Of a DNA stretch of 64,000 nucleotides, positions 1 to 11,917 are shown piece after piece. Position numbers and translations under genes: made by a program. The stretch lies in the NCBI GenBank assembly GCA_030390025.1, contig CM059431.1:148306001-148370000 (forward strand). Direction: 5' to 3'. The first letter of the stretch is position 1. Each line of letters opens with the position of its first letter. The notes beneath the pieces were generated by a model. It was not told the origin of the DNA. It worked only from the letters and a program-made list of their open reading frames with translations, and ran no database searches. Origin of the DNA: Squalus acanthias (Eukaryota).

Positions 1-1062
1 GTGGCTTGCTAGGCCATTACAGAGGGCAGCGAAGAGACAACGACATTGCTGTGGGTCTGGAGTCACATTATGGACACAATGGGCTGGATTTTGATACTGG
101 GGCGGATTGGGGTCGTGTCATCCGCATTTCGTGTTATCCAACCGACTGCAATTGGATGTGGGAGATTGATGCAATTTTCACCTATTTGGGCATTTGCGTT
201 CCAGCATGTGGGAACCCATGAAGCAATTAGTGTTTTCAGTCTGAAAGTCGCCTCTGATGATGTCATCATTGCTGCTGCATTGAAGGTCAGAGACTGCCTG
301 GCCTTTGCTGTGAGAGGACTTGGATGCACAATGAGCAGGAGAGAGCGAGAGAGAGAGAGAGAGAGAGATTGAGATTTTTTGCATCCAGGTCCTCTCACAG
401 CAAAGGCCAGGCAGCCTCCAAAGACCTTCAATGCAGCAGCATCAGAGGCAACTATCAGACCTAATACTACGACTACCTTCATCACATCTCCGTTGTAATA
501 GTGGACCTGTCGCTCATAGTCAGCTATCCAAATGTGCTCCCGCCAGTTTTCACAATCGTGGTTCAGAACAGGCATGCGTCACGCAGATCAAGGGTTGAAA
601 TCAGAAAGGCCTTTCAAAATGGCATTCTAGAGCCAATTTAGTGCTTGTTAAGGGCCTTAACAGCCTGTCCCATCTCTTAAAGGCGGGACGGAGTCGGGAC
701 CAGCAGACACGATTTAATGAAAATTGCATGGAGGCGGGATGGAGGCGGACTTGTGCCCGCCCGCCCGCCAGTTTTCGCAATTTTAACCCCCCACACGCCT
801 CCAAACCCGCCTCCACGGGTCAATGAAAATCCAGCCCAATATATAAGGACGGCAGATTTCCTTCCCTAAAAGACAATAGTGAACCAGATGTGTTTTTACG
901 ACAATCCGGTAGTTTCATGGTTACCATTACTGACGCAATCTTTTTTCAAGAATTGTTTGATGAAATGAATTTAACTTCCCCAGCTGGTGGGATTTGAACT
1001 CAGGATTAATCGTCCCGGCATCTTATTTACTTGTCGAGCAACATAACCACTATGTAACTGTA
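1..1062 (-). mobile_element. tRNA-derived SINE (copy 1 of 4), interrupted by the MITE at 81-837
   Basis: Reverse complement of the SINE at 11918-12322; minus strand has an A-box-like TAGTGGTTATG and a B-box-like GAGTTCAAATCCC near 990-1050. Confidence 0.7.
81..837. mobile_element. Non-autonomous DNA transposon (MITE), PIF/Harbinger-like
   Basis: Perfect 12-bp TIRs GGGCTGGATTTT (81-92) and AAAATCCAGCCC (826-837), AAT target duplication (78-80, 838-840), and absent at the same site in the paralogous SINE copies near 12135 and 25430. Confidence 0.85.
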
Positions 1063-1509
1063 GCCTTCAAATATATCGCTGTTCATTCATCGGCACTTGG
1101 TCAAAAGCCTGAAATTCCTTCTATAACTGTAACACCTTCAGCACACGGACTGCAGCGGCTCAAGATGAAGGCCCAGCATTTGCTCATGGGTAACTCGGGA
1201 TGGGAATGTAATTCCGGTCTTGACAGCGTCACCCATATCCTGAGAACAAATAAATATAAATATTAAAATGGGATTAAAAAAACTGATTTTGAAATTCACT
1301 GATTGAAACCAGGCGAGGCCTGTGATCAGAGCGGGTCGTCATGGTCCGCCAAACAAATTGTCAACACAACTTGTCTCAACAATTCTATGGTTTTATGAAT
1401 GATACTGCTCACACTTTTCCAATTTCCCTATCCTTTCAAAAGGTGCTTGACAAAGTACCACCTATTACCAAAGTTGAAGCCCTTGGGATTAAAGTGGCAG
1501 TGGCAACAG

Positions 1510-2140
1510 TGCGAGGTATATCAGTATTACAGTGAGTGGTGTGGAGAGTAACAGTCCAGGGTATGGCATTTATCAGAGTGTTAGAGTGAGGGATGTGGGG
1601 TATATCAGTGTGTTCGAGTGATGGGTGTGGGGTATATCAGAGTGTTAGAGTGAGGGGTGTGGGGTATATCAGAGTGTTACATTGAGTAGCGTGGGGTATA
1701 TCAGAGTGTTACATTGAGGGGCTTGGGGTATATCAGAAGATTTCAGTGAGGGGTGTGGGGTATATCAGAGTGTTACATTGAGTAGTGTGGGGTATATCAG
1801 AGTGTTAGAGTGAGGGGTGTGGGGTATATCAGAGTGTTACATTGAGTAGTGTGGGGTATATCAGAGTGTTACATTGAGGGGCTTGGGGTATTTCAGAGTA
1901 TTTCAGTGAGGGGTGTGGGGTATATCGGAGTGCTACAGTAAGGGGTATATCAGGGTGTTACAGTGAGGGCTGTCGGGTATTGCGGTCTCGTAAAGTGAAG
2001 GGTGGGTTTGCTATAACAGAGTGTTATAGTCAGGGGAATGGAATATATCAGAGTGTTACATCGAGAGGTGTGGGCTATATCTGAGTGTTACAGCGAGGGG
2101 TGTCCGGTATTTCAGTGTTATAGTGACGGATGCGTGGTAG
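1510..2140 (+). repeat. ~32-bp minisatellite (GAGTGTTACAGTGAGGGGTGTGGGGTATATCA)n
   Basis: Directly visible degenerate tandem array; resumes at 4550-4850 after the CR1. Confidence 0.9.
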
Positions 2141-4550
2141 ATTCCAACAAGAGAGAAGGGTAAGGGTAACAAAGCAAGGGCTCCTTGGATGACGAGGGAG
2201 ATAGAGAAGATGCTGAAACAAAAAAAGGAGGGTGCATGATGCATGTCAGGCGAATTCTTCAAGGGAGAACCATATCAAACACAATAAGTTGAGAGGATGA
2301 TATAAATACAATGGCCCAGAAATTCGGGTCGGAGGCTTCCCGCAGGTGCAAGCATAGCTGGTGCACTTACATAGCGTGCCTGCTGCTGTGCTGTTAAAAG
2401 TAGGCCTTGCAACTGCTTTTTCCACGTGCAGCTGATAGGGACTTACCCACACGAGAAACCTGTAAAAAAAGACGAAGTTCGATGCGTATGCGCTGCCTCT
2501 CCGGCGCTCGTGTTTGACGTGTGAACCCCTTCCTTCGAGGGAACGGAAGTTCCGGTTTCCCGCGTATGCGCAGTGCATGCGCAAAACCGGCACTTTCGTT
2601 GGCCTTACGGGTGTGTGCACATCGCGTACTCACCCGTGGAGACCCGAAATTTCCGGGTCAATAAGTGAAGATGGAAATAAGATTGGTAAACAGAGAATAT
2701 GAGAGTAGATTGGCGTTTAACATAAAAGGGAAGCCAAAAATCTTCTGCTGGCATGTAAACAGTAAGCGGGTAATTAGAGGCGGGGTGGGGCCTATTAGGG
2801 ACAAAGAACGTGATATATGCTTAGAGTTGAAGGGCAATGCTAGAATACACAATGAGTACTTTGTATTGGTGTTTACTAATTTTGTGCATGCTGACAAAAT
2901 ATCGGTAGAAGTGGAAAAGGTAGAAGCAATGGAAGGGCTGATAATTGACAGACAGGATGTACTAGAAAGGCTGGGTATGCTTAGAGTTTATAGGTCGCCT
3001 AGTCCAGATGGCTTGCATCCCAGCTTACTAAGTGAATGGGGGGAGGAGCTTGACATAATTTTCCAATCTTCCCGAGATGCGGGGGAGGTGTCTGAGAATT
3101 GGAAACTGGCAAATGTGACACCATTGTTCAAGAAAAGGTGTAAGGACAATCCAAGTAACTACAGGCTGCTCAGTTTAATATCAGTGGTGGGTAATGTTTT
3201 AGAAAGAATAATCAAGGAAAAAAGTAATGTGCACTTGGCTAGGTTTAAGCTAATTAAGAAGACCCAACACGGATTTGTAAAAGACAGTTAAAGTTTGATT
3301 AATCCAATTGAATTTCTTGATGAAGTAACAGGGAGGAATGATGAAGGGAATAAAATGGATGTTGTCAACATGGATTTTAGGAAGGCGTTTGACAAAGTAC
3401 CACATAGAAGGCTGGTTAACAAAATTGAGGCTCATGGAATAGGTGGGTCAGTGGCAGCTTGGATAAGGAATTGGCTTAAGGACAGAAAACAGCGAGTTGT
3501 GGTAAATGGCTGTTTTTCAGAATGGAGGATGGTAGACAGTGGTGTCCCCCAAGAGTCACTGCTGGGGCCACAGCTTTTTTGATATATATAAATTAATTGG
3601 ATATTGGAATACAGAGTATAATTTCTAAATTTTCGTATGACACCAAACTTGGCAAACAGTGAGGATGATACCAATCGATTGCAACAGGACATAGAAATGC
3701 TAGCAGAATGGGCAGACAAGTGGCAGATGGAGTTTAATACAGAGAAGTATGAGGTGATGCATTTTGGCAGAGGAACAGGGAGAGGCAATATTCACATAAT
3801 GGCATAGTTTTAATGAGTATGCAGGTACAGAGGGACCTGGGAGTTAATGAGCATAGGTCCCTGAAGGTGGCAGCAGATATTGAGAGAGTGGTTTGCAAAG
3901 CATTTGGGAACTTGGGCTACATAAATAGAGGTATTGAGTAGAAAAGTAGAGAAGTTATGCTGAAACTTTATAAAGTGCTGGATAGGAAACAACTGCAGTA
4001 TTGCATCAATATCTGTTTGCCACCCTATAGGAAGGATGTGAAGACCTTGAGAGGGCGCAGAGGAGATTTGCCAGAATGGTTCCGGGAATATGGGATCTTA
4101 GCTACAAGGACAGGTTGGAGAAGCTGGATTTATTGTCATGAGAGCAAAGGAGGTAGAGGGGTGATTTGATAGATGTGTACAATATTATGACGTGTTTGGA
4201 TAGGCTAGACAGAGATACACTGTTCCCACTAGTTGATGGTACAAGAACTATGGCACGCAGATTTAATGTTTTGGGCAAGAGATACAGGGGGGGATATGAG
4301 AACAAACTTTTTTATGCAGCGAGTGGTGAAGACCTAGAACTCGCTGCTGACAGAAGTGGTGGAAGTGGAGGCACTCAATGTTTTCAAGGGGAGACTGGAT
4401 AGGCACTTGAGGGAAATACATTTGCAGGGCTACGGGGATAGAGAGGGGGGATGGGGCTGACTGGATTGCTCTACAGAGAGCCGGCACCGAGTCGATGGGC
4501 CGAATGGCCACCTTTTGTGCTATTATGACACTATGACACTATGACTCTAT
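2141..4550 (+). mobile_element. 5'-truncated, decayed CR1 LINE inserted in the minisatellite
   Basis: ORF2 fragments WKLANVTPLFKK, NYRLLSL, DFRKAFDKVPH, SGVPQES; 3' tail GATGGGCCGAATGGCC followed by (CTATGACA)n. Confidence 0.9.
2313..2659. mobile_element. MITE, PIF/Harbinger-like, nested in CR1
   Basis: Imperfect TIRs GGCCCAGAAATTCGGGTC / GACCCGAAATTTCCGGGTC; AAT duplication at 2310-2312 and 2660-2662; CpG-rich; shares the GCGCAGTGCATGC motif with the elements at 31153 and 56760. Confidence 0.8.
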
Positions 4551-4850
4551 ATCAGTGTTACAGTGAGGGGTGTGGAATATATCCGTGTTACAGTGAGGAG
4601 TGTGGGGTACATCAGTGTTACAGTGAGGAGTGTGGGGTACAAACGTCTGCTACAGTAAGGGATGTGAGGTATATCAGAGTGCTACAGTGATGGATGTGGG
4701 TTATATCAGTGTTACAGTTTGGGTGTGTGGTATATCAGATTGTTACATTTTGGATGTGAGGAAGGTCAGAGTGTTACAGTGAGAAGTGTAGGGGATATCA
4801 GAGTGATAAAGTGATTGGCGTGGGTTATATCAGATTGTTACAGTGAAGGA
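4550..4850 (+). repeat. ~32-bp minisatellite, continuation
   Basis: Same unit as 1510-2140. Confidence 0.9.
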
Positions 4851-4927
4851 AGTCCCTTTTTTGTGTTACAATAATACATCAGTATTGAGAATCTGAACTA
4901 TATAAAACGAAGGAATTATTCCGGCCA

Positions 4928-6184
4928 ATGATCGGGATTCTGCTATTCCACATCAGCCTATTCGGCATATTGGACCAACACTATTTTCCCTATAATAGGT
5001 CGATTGCATTTGCCCTGGAGACACCACCGCGGGACGCCACTGGAAATATTACCCTCCAGTACATCAAGGGTGATTGTGAAACCGCGTGTTCAGCGACAGT
5101 ATGGGTTACCACTGTTGAGGTCCAGGAAGGGAGGGAGGGTATGCATAAAATGCAAAGAACGCCGCACCGGGCCAAGGGTGTGGTTCTTACAAGCAGGACC
5201 AAGTGACCATTCAAGGTACTATCAGATAGGGATCCCTCGGGGGAAAGGAGGAAGCTCGACCCAATCCCGAGCAGCGGCAGACACTCTGTTATGTTGTCCA
5301 CAGTGGTGGCAGGAGCATGAGGGAATCTATGGATGCATAAAACCTTCGGGGACGCAGAGCCGATATGTGGAGCTCCCGTCCACTGGATAGGCGGGAAAAG
5401 TATCCAAGCGAATGGAACAGATGACAGGGGTCCCTACCGCTGTTTCGTGGACAGGGAGGGAAGGCCATGTAGGGGTTCGAAGGGTTGCTCACATTATCAT
5501 ATGCAGGAATATAAAAACGGAATAATACACACGGTGGAATTGAAATCCATCCTAAACTCCCCACCCCACCCGTACGAATAGATCACAACCCCGGGAATAA
5601 CAAAAGGAAACCCGGGTTGTCTGTCCCAAACACACCCCGGGACCGGCAAATAGGTTAGAGCTAATCCCAACTCGGATGATTTTGTACCATGCTCTGCATC
5701 ATGAAGTGATACCTGAAATGTTAAATCTGACCGAGGTGGGACTGCCAAACTGGTGCAAACCAGAAACAACGCTGTGATATGGGAGAATGATGCGGGAATT
5801 AATCGAGGGATTTTGGGAAAGGGCCAACACAACCCTGGTGGAATTGGAATTAGAGCCATTATATCGCAAGGACTCAGGGGATGGTAATGGATTTAGCAAT
5901 AACTTTGGGGAAAAGAGTACCGAGATCATTGAAGAAAATTGTGTTGGTTACGGGGTTACAGGGGACCATTTCAGAACACCACGGGGCCTGATAAATGATG
6001 CAGCCATTGCTTTTAATACCGGAACCTCCCTCGTTAATAGCCTTGATTTGGCTCATTTGGATCAATCCGTAAAGGCAGTTAGAAATCGTTTAAGGGAAAT
6101 TTTGAATAAAATGAATGGTCTGTAACAGCAGGAATTAAAGGAGGACCAAATTACGACCATTTATCGACAGGATATTGTATGGGG
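4928..6184 (+). pseudogene. Decayed viral envelope glycoprotein gene 'env-1': signal peptide, putative Ig-like domain, furin site, start of fusion subunit
   Basis: Hydrophobic N-terminus MIGILLFHISLFGIL, sequons NRS/NIT/NLT/NTT, and RTPR|GLINDAAIAFNTGTSLVNSLD plus a heptad region that aligns by eye with env-2 (RQRR|DTWNDVFTAYSTGSSVINSLD). Several frameshifts and stops; cut off by the LTR at 6185. Confidence 0.7.
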
Positions 6185-7316
6185 TGGTAATGGGGTCAGC
6201 CCTCGCCTTCTGACTCAGTGAGCGGTTCGACTCGCTCCCACGCCCCTGGTTCCTAGACTTTGGACTTATTAGGGGTTGTGAACAAAAATGCAGTAGACAA
6301 CAGGATCTGATGAAAGAATTTTGACTTTATTAAAAGAAAAAGGTAACAAACTTAAAACACACTTAATACTTAAACACAGATTGGGGAGCACACGGTACAG
6401 GCGAGGGCCAACAACAATATACCAAACACAAATCTTATCCCTCCCAAAGATCCCACAATCTAGCTAGGTTTTTGCTTTTAGGAGATCAGGGATAATGCTC
6501 ACCAACGAATCCTTGACAGGATTTTAGAGTCTTTTGATTGAAAGATTTCGTAAGGCCCTTGTTGCTGCGAGGTGTCCGATGGTCACTGAGGCAGTCGCTC
6601 TGGTTTCTTCTTGTGTGATGGTCTGTTTGTTGGCCTTCCTCCTCGTGGCTTGTAGTGGTTTTGCTGGAGCAGGGAGAGAGCTGTGCCAGCGTTGTCAGCG
6701 AGTCCAAAAGAGAAAGAGTCTTGGGACAGGCTTCAATTATATTGTCTTTTTCCCGCCCAAAACCCCTCACTAAAATGGTTTCCTTTAGGTTGCAAATGAG
6801 CCCTGTCCATTCTCTTGTTTTGGCGGGCTTGCCAGTTCCGATGGCTTTTAGCTCAGTGTTAAACATGTCCTGATCGTTTTCCGATTTAACACAGCCTTAT
6901 CTACGCGCCAAATCTCAACCCTATTGTCCTAGGTCGATTTGCGGGCTTTTAACTCTGTCCTGTGGGTACCTGGTTGATTGGTTTTTGATGTATTACTAAA
7001 TGTTTAATTGATTTCAAAAGAGGTCTTGGATTATTCATATTTCGATGTGTTGTGAGGCTTTTGGGTTTTGTCTTTTCCTCCTTGATAGGAAGGCAGTGTA
7101 AACACACTGCAGACAGCTTACTACACTGCCTGGCCACGCCCCTCTGCAGCCTGTGTGTCGGTGAAAGGTGTCTTTCTCAACAGTAAGATTCGAAAAGTCA
7201 TTTTCCTCAGGGTTTTCTTTTTGTGATCTTTAAAAATGTCCAAAATTAAGGGTTTTACTCAAATCACTTCACTTACGATTCTGTTCGAGTTTCTCGGGGA
7301 TTTTGCGAAGCCTATA
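6185..7316 (-). mobile_element. 3' LTR (~1.13 kb) of the env-2 retroelement
   Basis: On the minus strand it follows a polypurine tract (AAAGTGGGGGA, ~7317-7327), contains a TATA-like AATATAAT (~6737-6744) and AATAAA (6326-6331), and ends ...CCCCATTACCA. The same terminus occurs independently at 23416. It starts TA rather than the canonical TG. Confidence 0.75.
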
Positions 7317-7597
7317 TCCCCCACTTTGATACTAAACCTGAATTAGTATAATTAACTGGTGACCAAAATTTCTGATCCCCGAAAACCAACGTCCCCCTGT
7401 ATTACCTAAACTAAAAACCCAAACATACACTCCCCTTTTAAAAGTGGTGTTTCAGGTACATACAGGTAAGAATCAATCTTTATTTCACATCCAAGCACGG
7501 AGAGGGTCCGACACCCCTGCACAGCTTGGAAAACACATCATACACATCATAAAAATGACACAACACACACACACATTTTTTTATTAAAGGACAAAAT

Positions 7598-9072
7598 TCA
7601 AGGTTCGTTCCATCTCTGGCCATAGCCTTTATTTTGATGCTCTTCCCAAGTCCCTTCGTGTCTGGAACGGAACTCCCCGTCCCTTCCCCTGCACTTTGTA
7701 CACAGCAGGTAGAGAACTATCCCGAGCTGGCAGACCACCAAAAGATGGGAAGCAATCCTGATCCAGGAAGGCAATTCCATATTCTCGAAAATATCCCACC
7801 AGGGTGGAACTATTTTATCCAAAATCTCTGCCCCTATTTCAACTGTTTTCTGTTCCAGGGAGTAGAAATGTTTTTGTGATATCTCGACAGCTTTAAGTAG
7901 AATGGTAAAATGTTCGGGTAGAGGGGGAATTTTAGATCCAAAATAAGTCACATACTTTTGCAGGTTGGTGATGTTTTCTGTTTCAGTGAGGTGAACAGAG
8001 GAGGGTTCAGGATTGGGTCAATCCGTTCTTCGGCCAGTTAAACTTCTGCCTCTGGTTTAAAGCAGAAACTTCTGTCACATACCGGACACCAGAAGTGTCC
8101 ATGCTGGTTGTGGGACACACCTGTGGTGACACAATATATCCCACCCCATATATATGCTAACTGTGGGGAAACATGGCCGTGTACCATCACCTCCATGGTA
8201 CAGTTTATAGGTCGTGCGCCAGCGGCTTTAAACCCGCACTGTGGTTTAGAATAGGCGTTCAAGTGCTGGGGACACAGTGTTATGTGTGAACCCCGGCCCC
8301 GGCACCCGGAGAGGTCAGTACCTGTCATGGCGTGCTCCCACTTTATGTCATAAGGTGGGACCGCTGTAAAACGGATGTGTGCACCCCCTTGAATGACTCC
8401 AATGTTCTCCACCCTGTATACCGTTACGGGTCGGGCTGTCCCACTCATGACCGGCATTCTCACTACTATCCCCATGATAGTGTGGTTGGAACGCCCACAA
8501 TCTATTGGGATAGTGTCGGCTTCAGAGGCTAGACGAAAGTGGCATGGGCTCAGCGAATTACTAAACGGGTGGAGGGCTGCGAGGTGCTTGTTGCTGATCC
8601 AGGAGGAGACTAAACCTTGCTTTAAATCCTCCAGGTTGCTACGGCCCTAGCCCAGCAACCATGCCCCGTACAGCACACACACCTCATTCTGTGCAGCCTG
8701 ATCCGATGCATTCCTATCGTCCCGTATGAGTGCATTTACTGTTTTGGCATGCCTTTCCAATTCTGCAATAATTTCCTTTAAATGAACCGTCATAGCTTGG
8801 TCCTCATGTAGCTCTGAGCCTACCACTGTGTTCCCATCCTTCAGGATCTTTCTTAACTGGGTTTTTAAACCATTTATCTGTGTCTGTAATTCCATGTCAT
8901 CCAGGCTATTTATGACAGAGGACCCTGTACTATAGGCAGTGAAAACATCATTCCAGGTATCCCTTCTTTGTCTACCCGTGCCCATAGGATTCTCAGGGTG
9001 TATTCTTTTACAGGAACAGAGCAACGTCACCCTGTTAGGAATGGTATAGTATTAACCCATTCTGCCCGATAC
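7598..9072 (-). pseudogene. Decayed viral envelope gene 'env-2' (fusion subunit), F-protein-like
   Basis: Consecutive in-frame ORFs 8647-9030, 8038-8475 and 7598-7951: furin site RQRR, heptad repeat, Cys-rich region, Trp-rich membrane-proximal segment, TM (IASHLLVVCQLGIVLYLLC) and short tail. In-frame stops near 8648 and 8038; 5' part replaced by CR1. Confidence 0.8.
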
Positions 9073-9752
9073 TGATGATATAAAACTAGGTGAGACAGTA
9101 ATCTGTGAGGAGAAAACAAAGAGTCTGTAAAGGGATATAGATAGACAAAGTGAGTGGGCAGTAAGTTGGCAGATGGAGTATAATGTAGGGAAATGTGACG
9201 TTATTCACTTTGGTAGGTAGAATAGAAAAACCGAATTTATTTTAAATGGTGAGAAGCTTTCAAATGTTGATGTTCAGAGAGATTTGGGTTTCCTCGTGCA
9301 AGAAACACAGAAATCCAGCATGCAAGTACAGGAAGCAATAAGGAAGGCAAATGGCATGTTGTCCTTTATTGCAAGGGGGTTGCAGAATCAGTGTAAGGAA
9401 GTCTTGCTACAATTGTACAGGGCCTTGGTGAGACCACACCTGGAGTACTGTGTACAGTTTTGGGCTCCTTATCTAAGGAAGAATATACTTGCCTTGGAGG
9501 CGGTGCAACAAAGGTTCACTAGATTGATTCCTGGGATGAGAGGGCTGTCCTATGATGAGAGATTGTGTAGAATGTGCCGATACTTTCTGGAGTTTAGAAG
9601 AATGAGAGGTGATCTCATTGAAACATACAAGATTCTGAAGGGGATTGACAGGTTAAATGCTGAGAGGTTGTTTCCCCTGGCTGGAGTGTCTAGAACTAGG
9701 GGACATATCTCCGGATATGGGGTAGGCCATTTAGGACTGAGATGAGGAGGAA
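9073..9752 (+). mobile_element. CR1 LINE ORF2 C-terminal fragment
   Basis: LYRALVRPHLEYCVQFWAP, EFRRMRGDLIETYKI; mirrored at 59843-60525. Confidence 0.9.
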
Positions 9753-9754
9753 TT

Positions 9755-11460
9755 GATATACCCCACACCACTCACTGTAACACTCTGATATACCCAACAC
9801 CCCTCACTCTAACACTCTGATATACCCCACACCCCTCACTGTAACACACTGATATACCCCACACCCCTCACTGTAACACTCTGATATACCCACACCCCTC
9901 ACTTTAACACTCTGATATACTCCACACCCCTCACTCTAACACTCTGATATACCCAACACCCCTCACTCTAATACTCTGATATACCCCACTCCCCTCACTG
10001 TAACACTCAGATCCATGCCACACTCTGGTCTGTTACTATCCAAAACCATTCACTATAATACTGAAATATCTCGCACCACTCACTGTAACACACTCTGATA
10101 TAATCCACACCCCTCACTGAATCGCACTCTGATATTCTCCACACCCTTCAATGTAACACTATGATATACCCCACACTCCTCACTGTAACACCCTGATATA
10201 CCCCACACCTCTCACTTTAACTCTCTTATATACCGCAAACCCCTCACTGTAACACTCTGATATAAAGGCCACACCCCTCACTGTAACACTCTGATATACA
10301 CCACACACCTCACTGTAACATTCTGATATAGACCACACCCCTCACTGTAACACTCTGATATACAACACACCCCTCACTTTAACCCTCCTATATACCGCAA
10401 ACCCCGCACTGTAACACTCTGATATAAAGGCCACACCCCTCACTTCAACAATCTGATGTGAGTCACACCCCTCACTGTAACACTCTGATTTACACCACAC
10501 ACCTCACTGAAACACACTGATATACCCCACACATCTCACTGTAACAATCTGATATGCCCCACACCCCTTACTGAAACAGTCGGATATACCCCACACCCCT
10601 CACTATAACACTCGGATATAAGTCACAACTCTCACTATAACCCTCTGATATACCCTGCACCTTTCACTCTAACTCTCTTATATACCCCAGAACCCTCACT
10701 ATAACAATATGATATACCCCACACTCCTCACTTTAACAATCGGATATACCCCACATTTCTCGCTGTAAAACACTGATAAACTGCACAGCCCTCACTCTAA
10801 CACTGATATACCCCATAACCCTCACTGTAGTCCTCTGATATACTCCAAACCTCTCACTCTAACTCTCTGACATACCCCACTTCCCTCCCTGTAACACTCT
10901 GATATAACCACACTACTCACTCTAACACTGATATAAAACCAGATCGCGCACGTAAACGTCTGATATACCCCACACACCTCACTGCAACACTCTGATATAC
11001 CCCACACCATTCACTGTAATCCTTTGATATAACCCGCACATCTCACTCTAAATCTCTGATATAGCCCCCACCGCTCAACTTAACACTCTGATACATGCCA
11101 TACTCTGGAGTGTTACTGTCCACACCAGTCACTGTAATACTGATATACCCCACATCCCTCACTGTGACATCTGATACATGCCATGCTCTGGACTGTTACT
11201 CTCCACACCACAAACTGTAATACTGATATACCCCACACCCCTCACTCTAACACTCTGATATACCCCACACTCCTCACTGTAGCACTCTGATACATGCCAC
11301 ACTCTGGACTGTTACTCTCCACACCACTCACTGTAATACTGATATATCTCACATCCCTCACTGTGACATCTGATACATGCCACACTCTGGACTGTTACTC
11401 TCCACACCACTCACTGTAATACTGATATATCTCACATCCCTCACTGTAATACTGATATAC
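9755..11460 (-). repeat. ~32-bp minisatellite (reverse orientation)
   Basis: (TGATATACCCCACACCCCTCACTGTAACACTC)n. Confidence 0.92.
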
Positions 11461-11917
11461 CTCGCACTTTTGCCATTGCCACTTTAATCCCATGGGATTC
11501 AACTTTGGTAATATATGGTACTTTATCAAGCACCTTTTGATAGGAGAGGGAAATTGAGAAAGTGAGTGCAGTATCATTCATAAAACCATAGAATTAGTGA
11601 GACAAGTTGTGTTGACAATTTGTTTGGCGGACCATGACGACCCGCTCTGATCACAGGCCTCGCCTGGTTTCAATCAGTGAATTTAAAAATCAGTGATTTT
11701 AATCCCATTTTATTATTTATATTTATTTGTTCTCAGGATATGGGTGACGCTGTCAAGACCGGAATTACATTCCCATCCCTAGTTACCCATGAGCAAATGC
11801 TGGGCCTTCATCTTGAGCCGCTGAAGTCCGTGTGGTGAAGGTGTTACTGTTACGGAAGGAATGTCATGCTTTTGACACAGTCCCGATGAAGGTACGGCGA
11901 TATATTTGAAAGCTACA

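Noticed and set aside
5405..5450. DRGPYRC as a second Ig domain in env-1
   Set aside because: Too close to the first putative domain, with no properly spaced upstream Cys/Trp; may be chance or a deleted remnant.
9755..11460. Regular ~32-bp repeats as a CRISPR array
   Set aside because: Head-to-tail degenerate units with no unique spacers, no cas genes and a vertebrate context.
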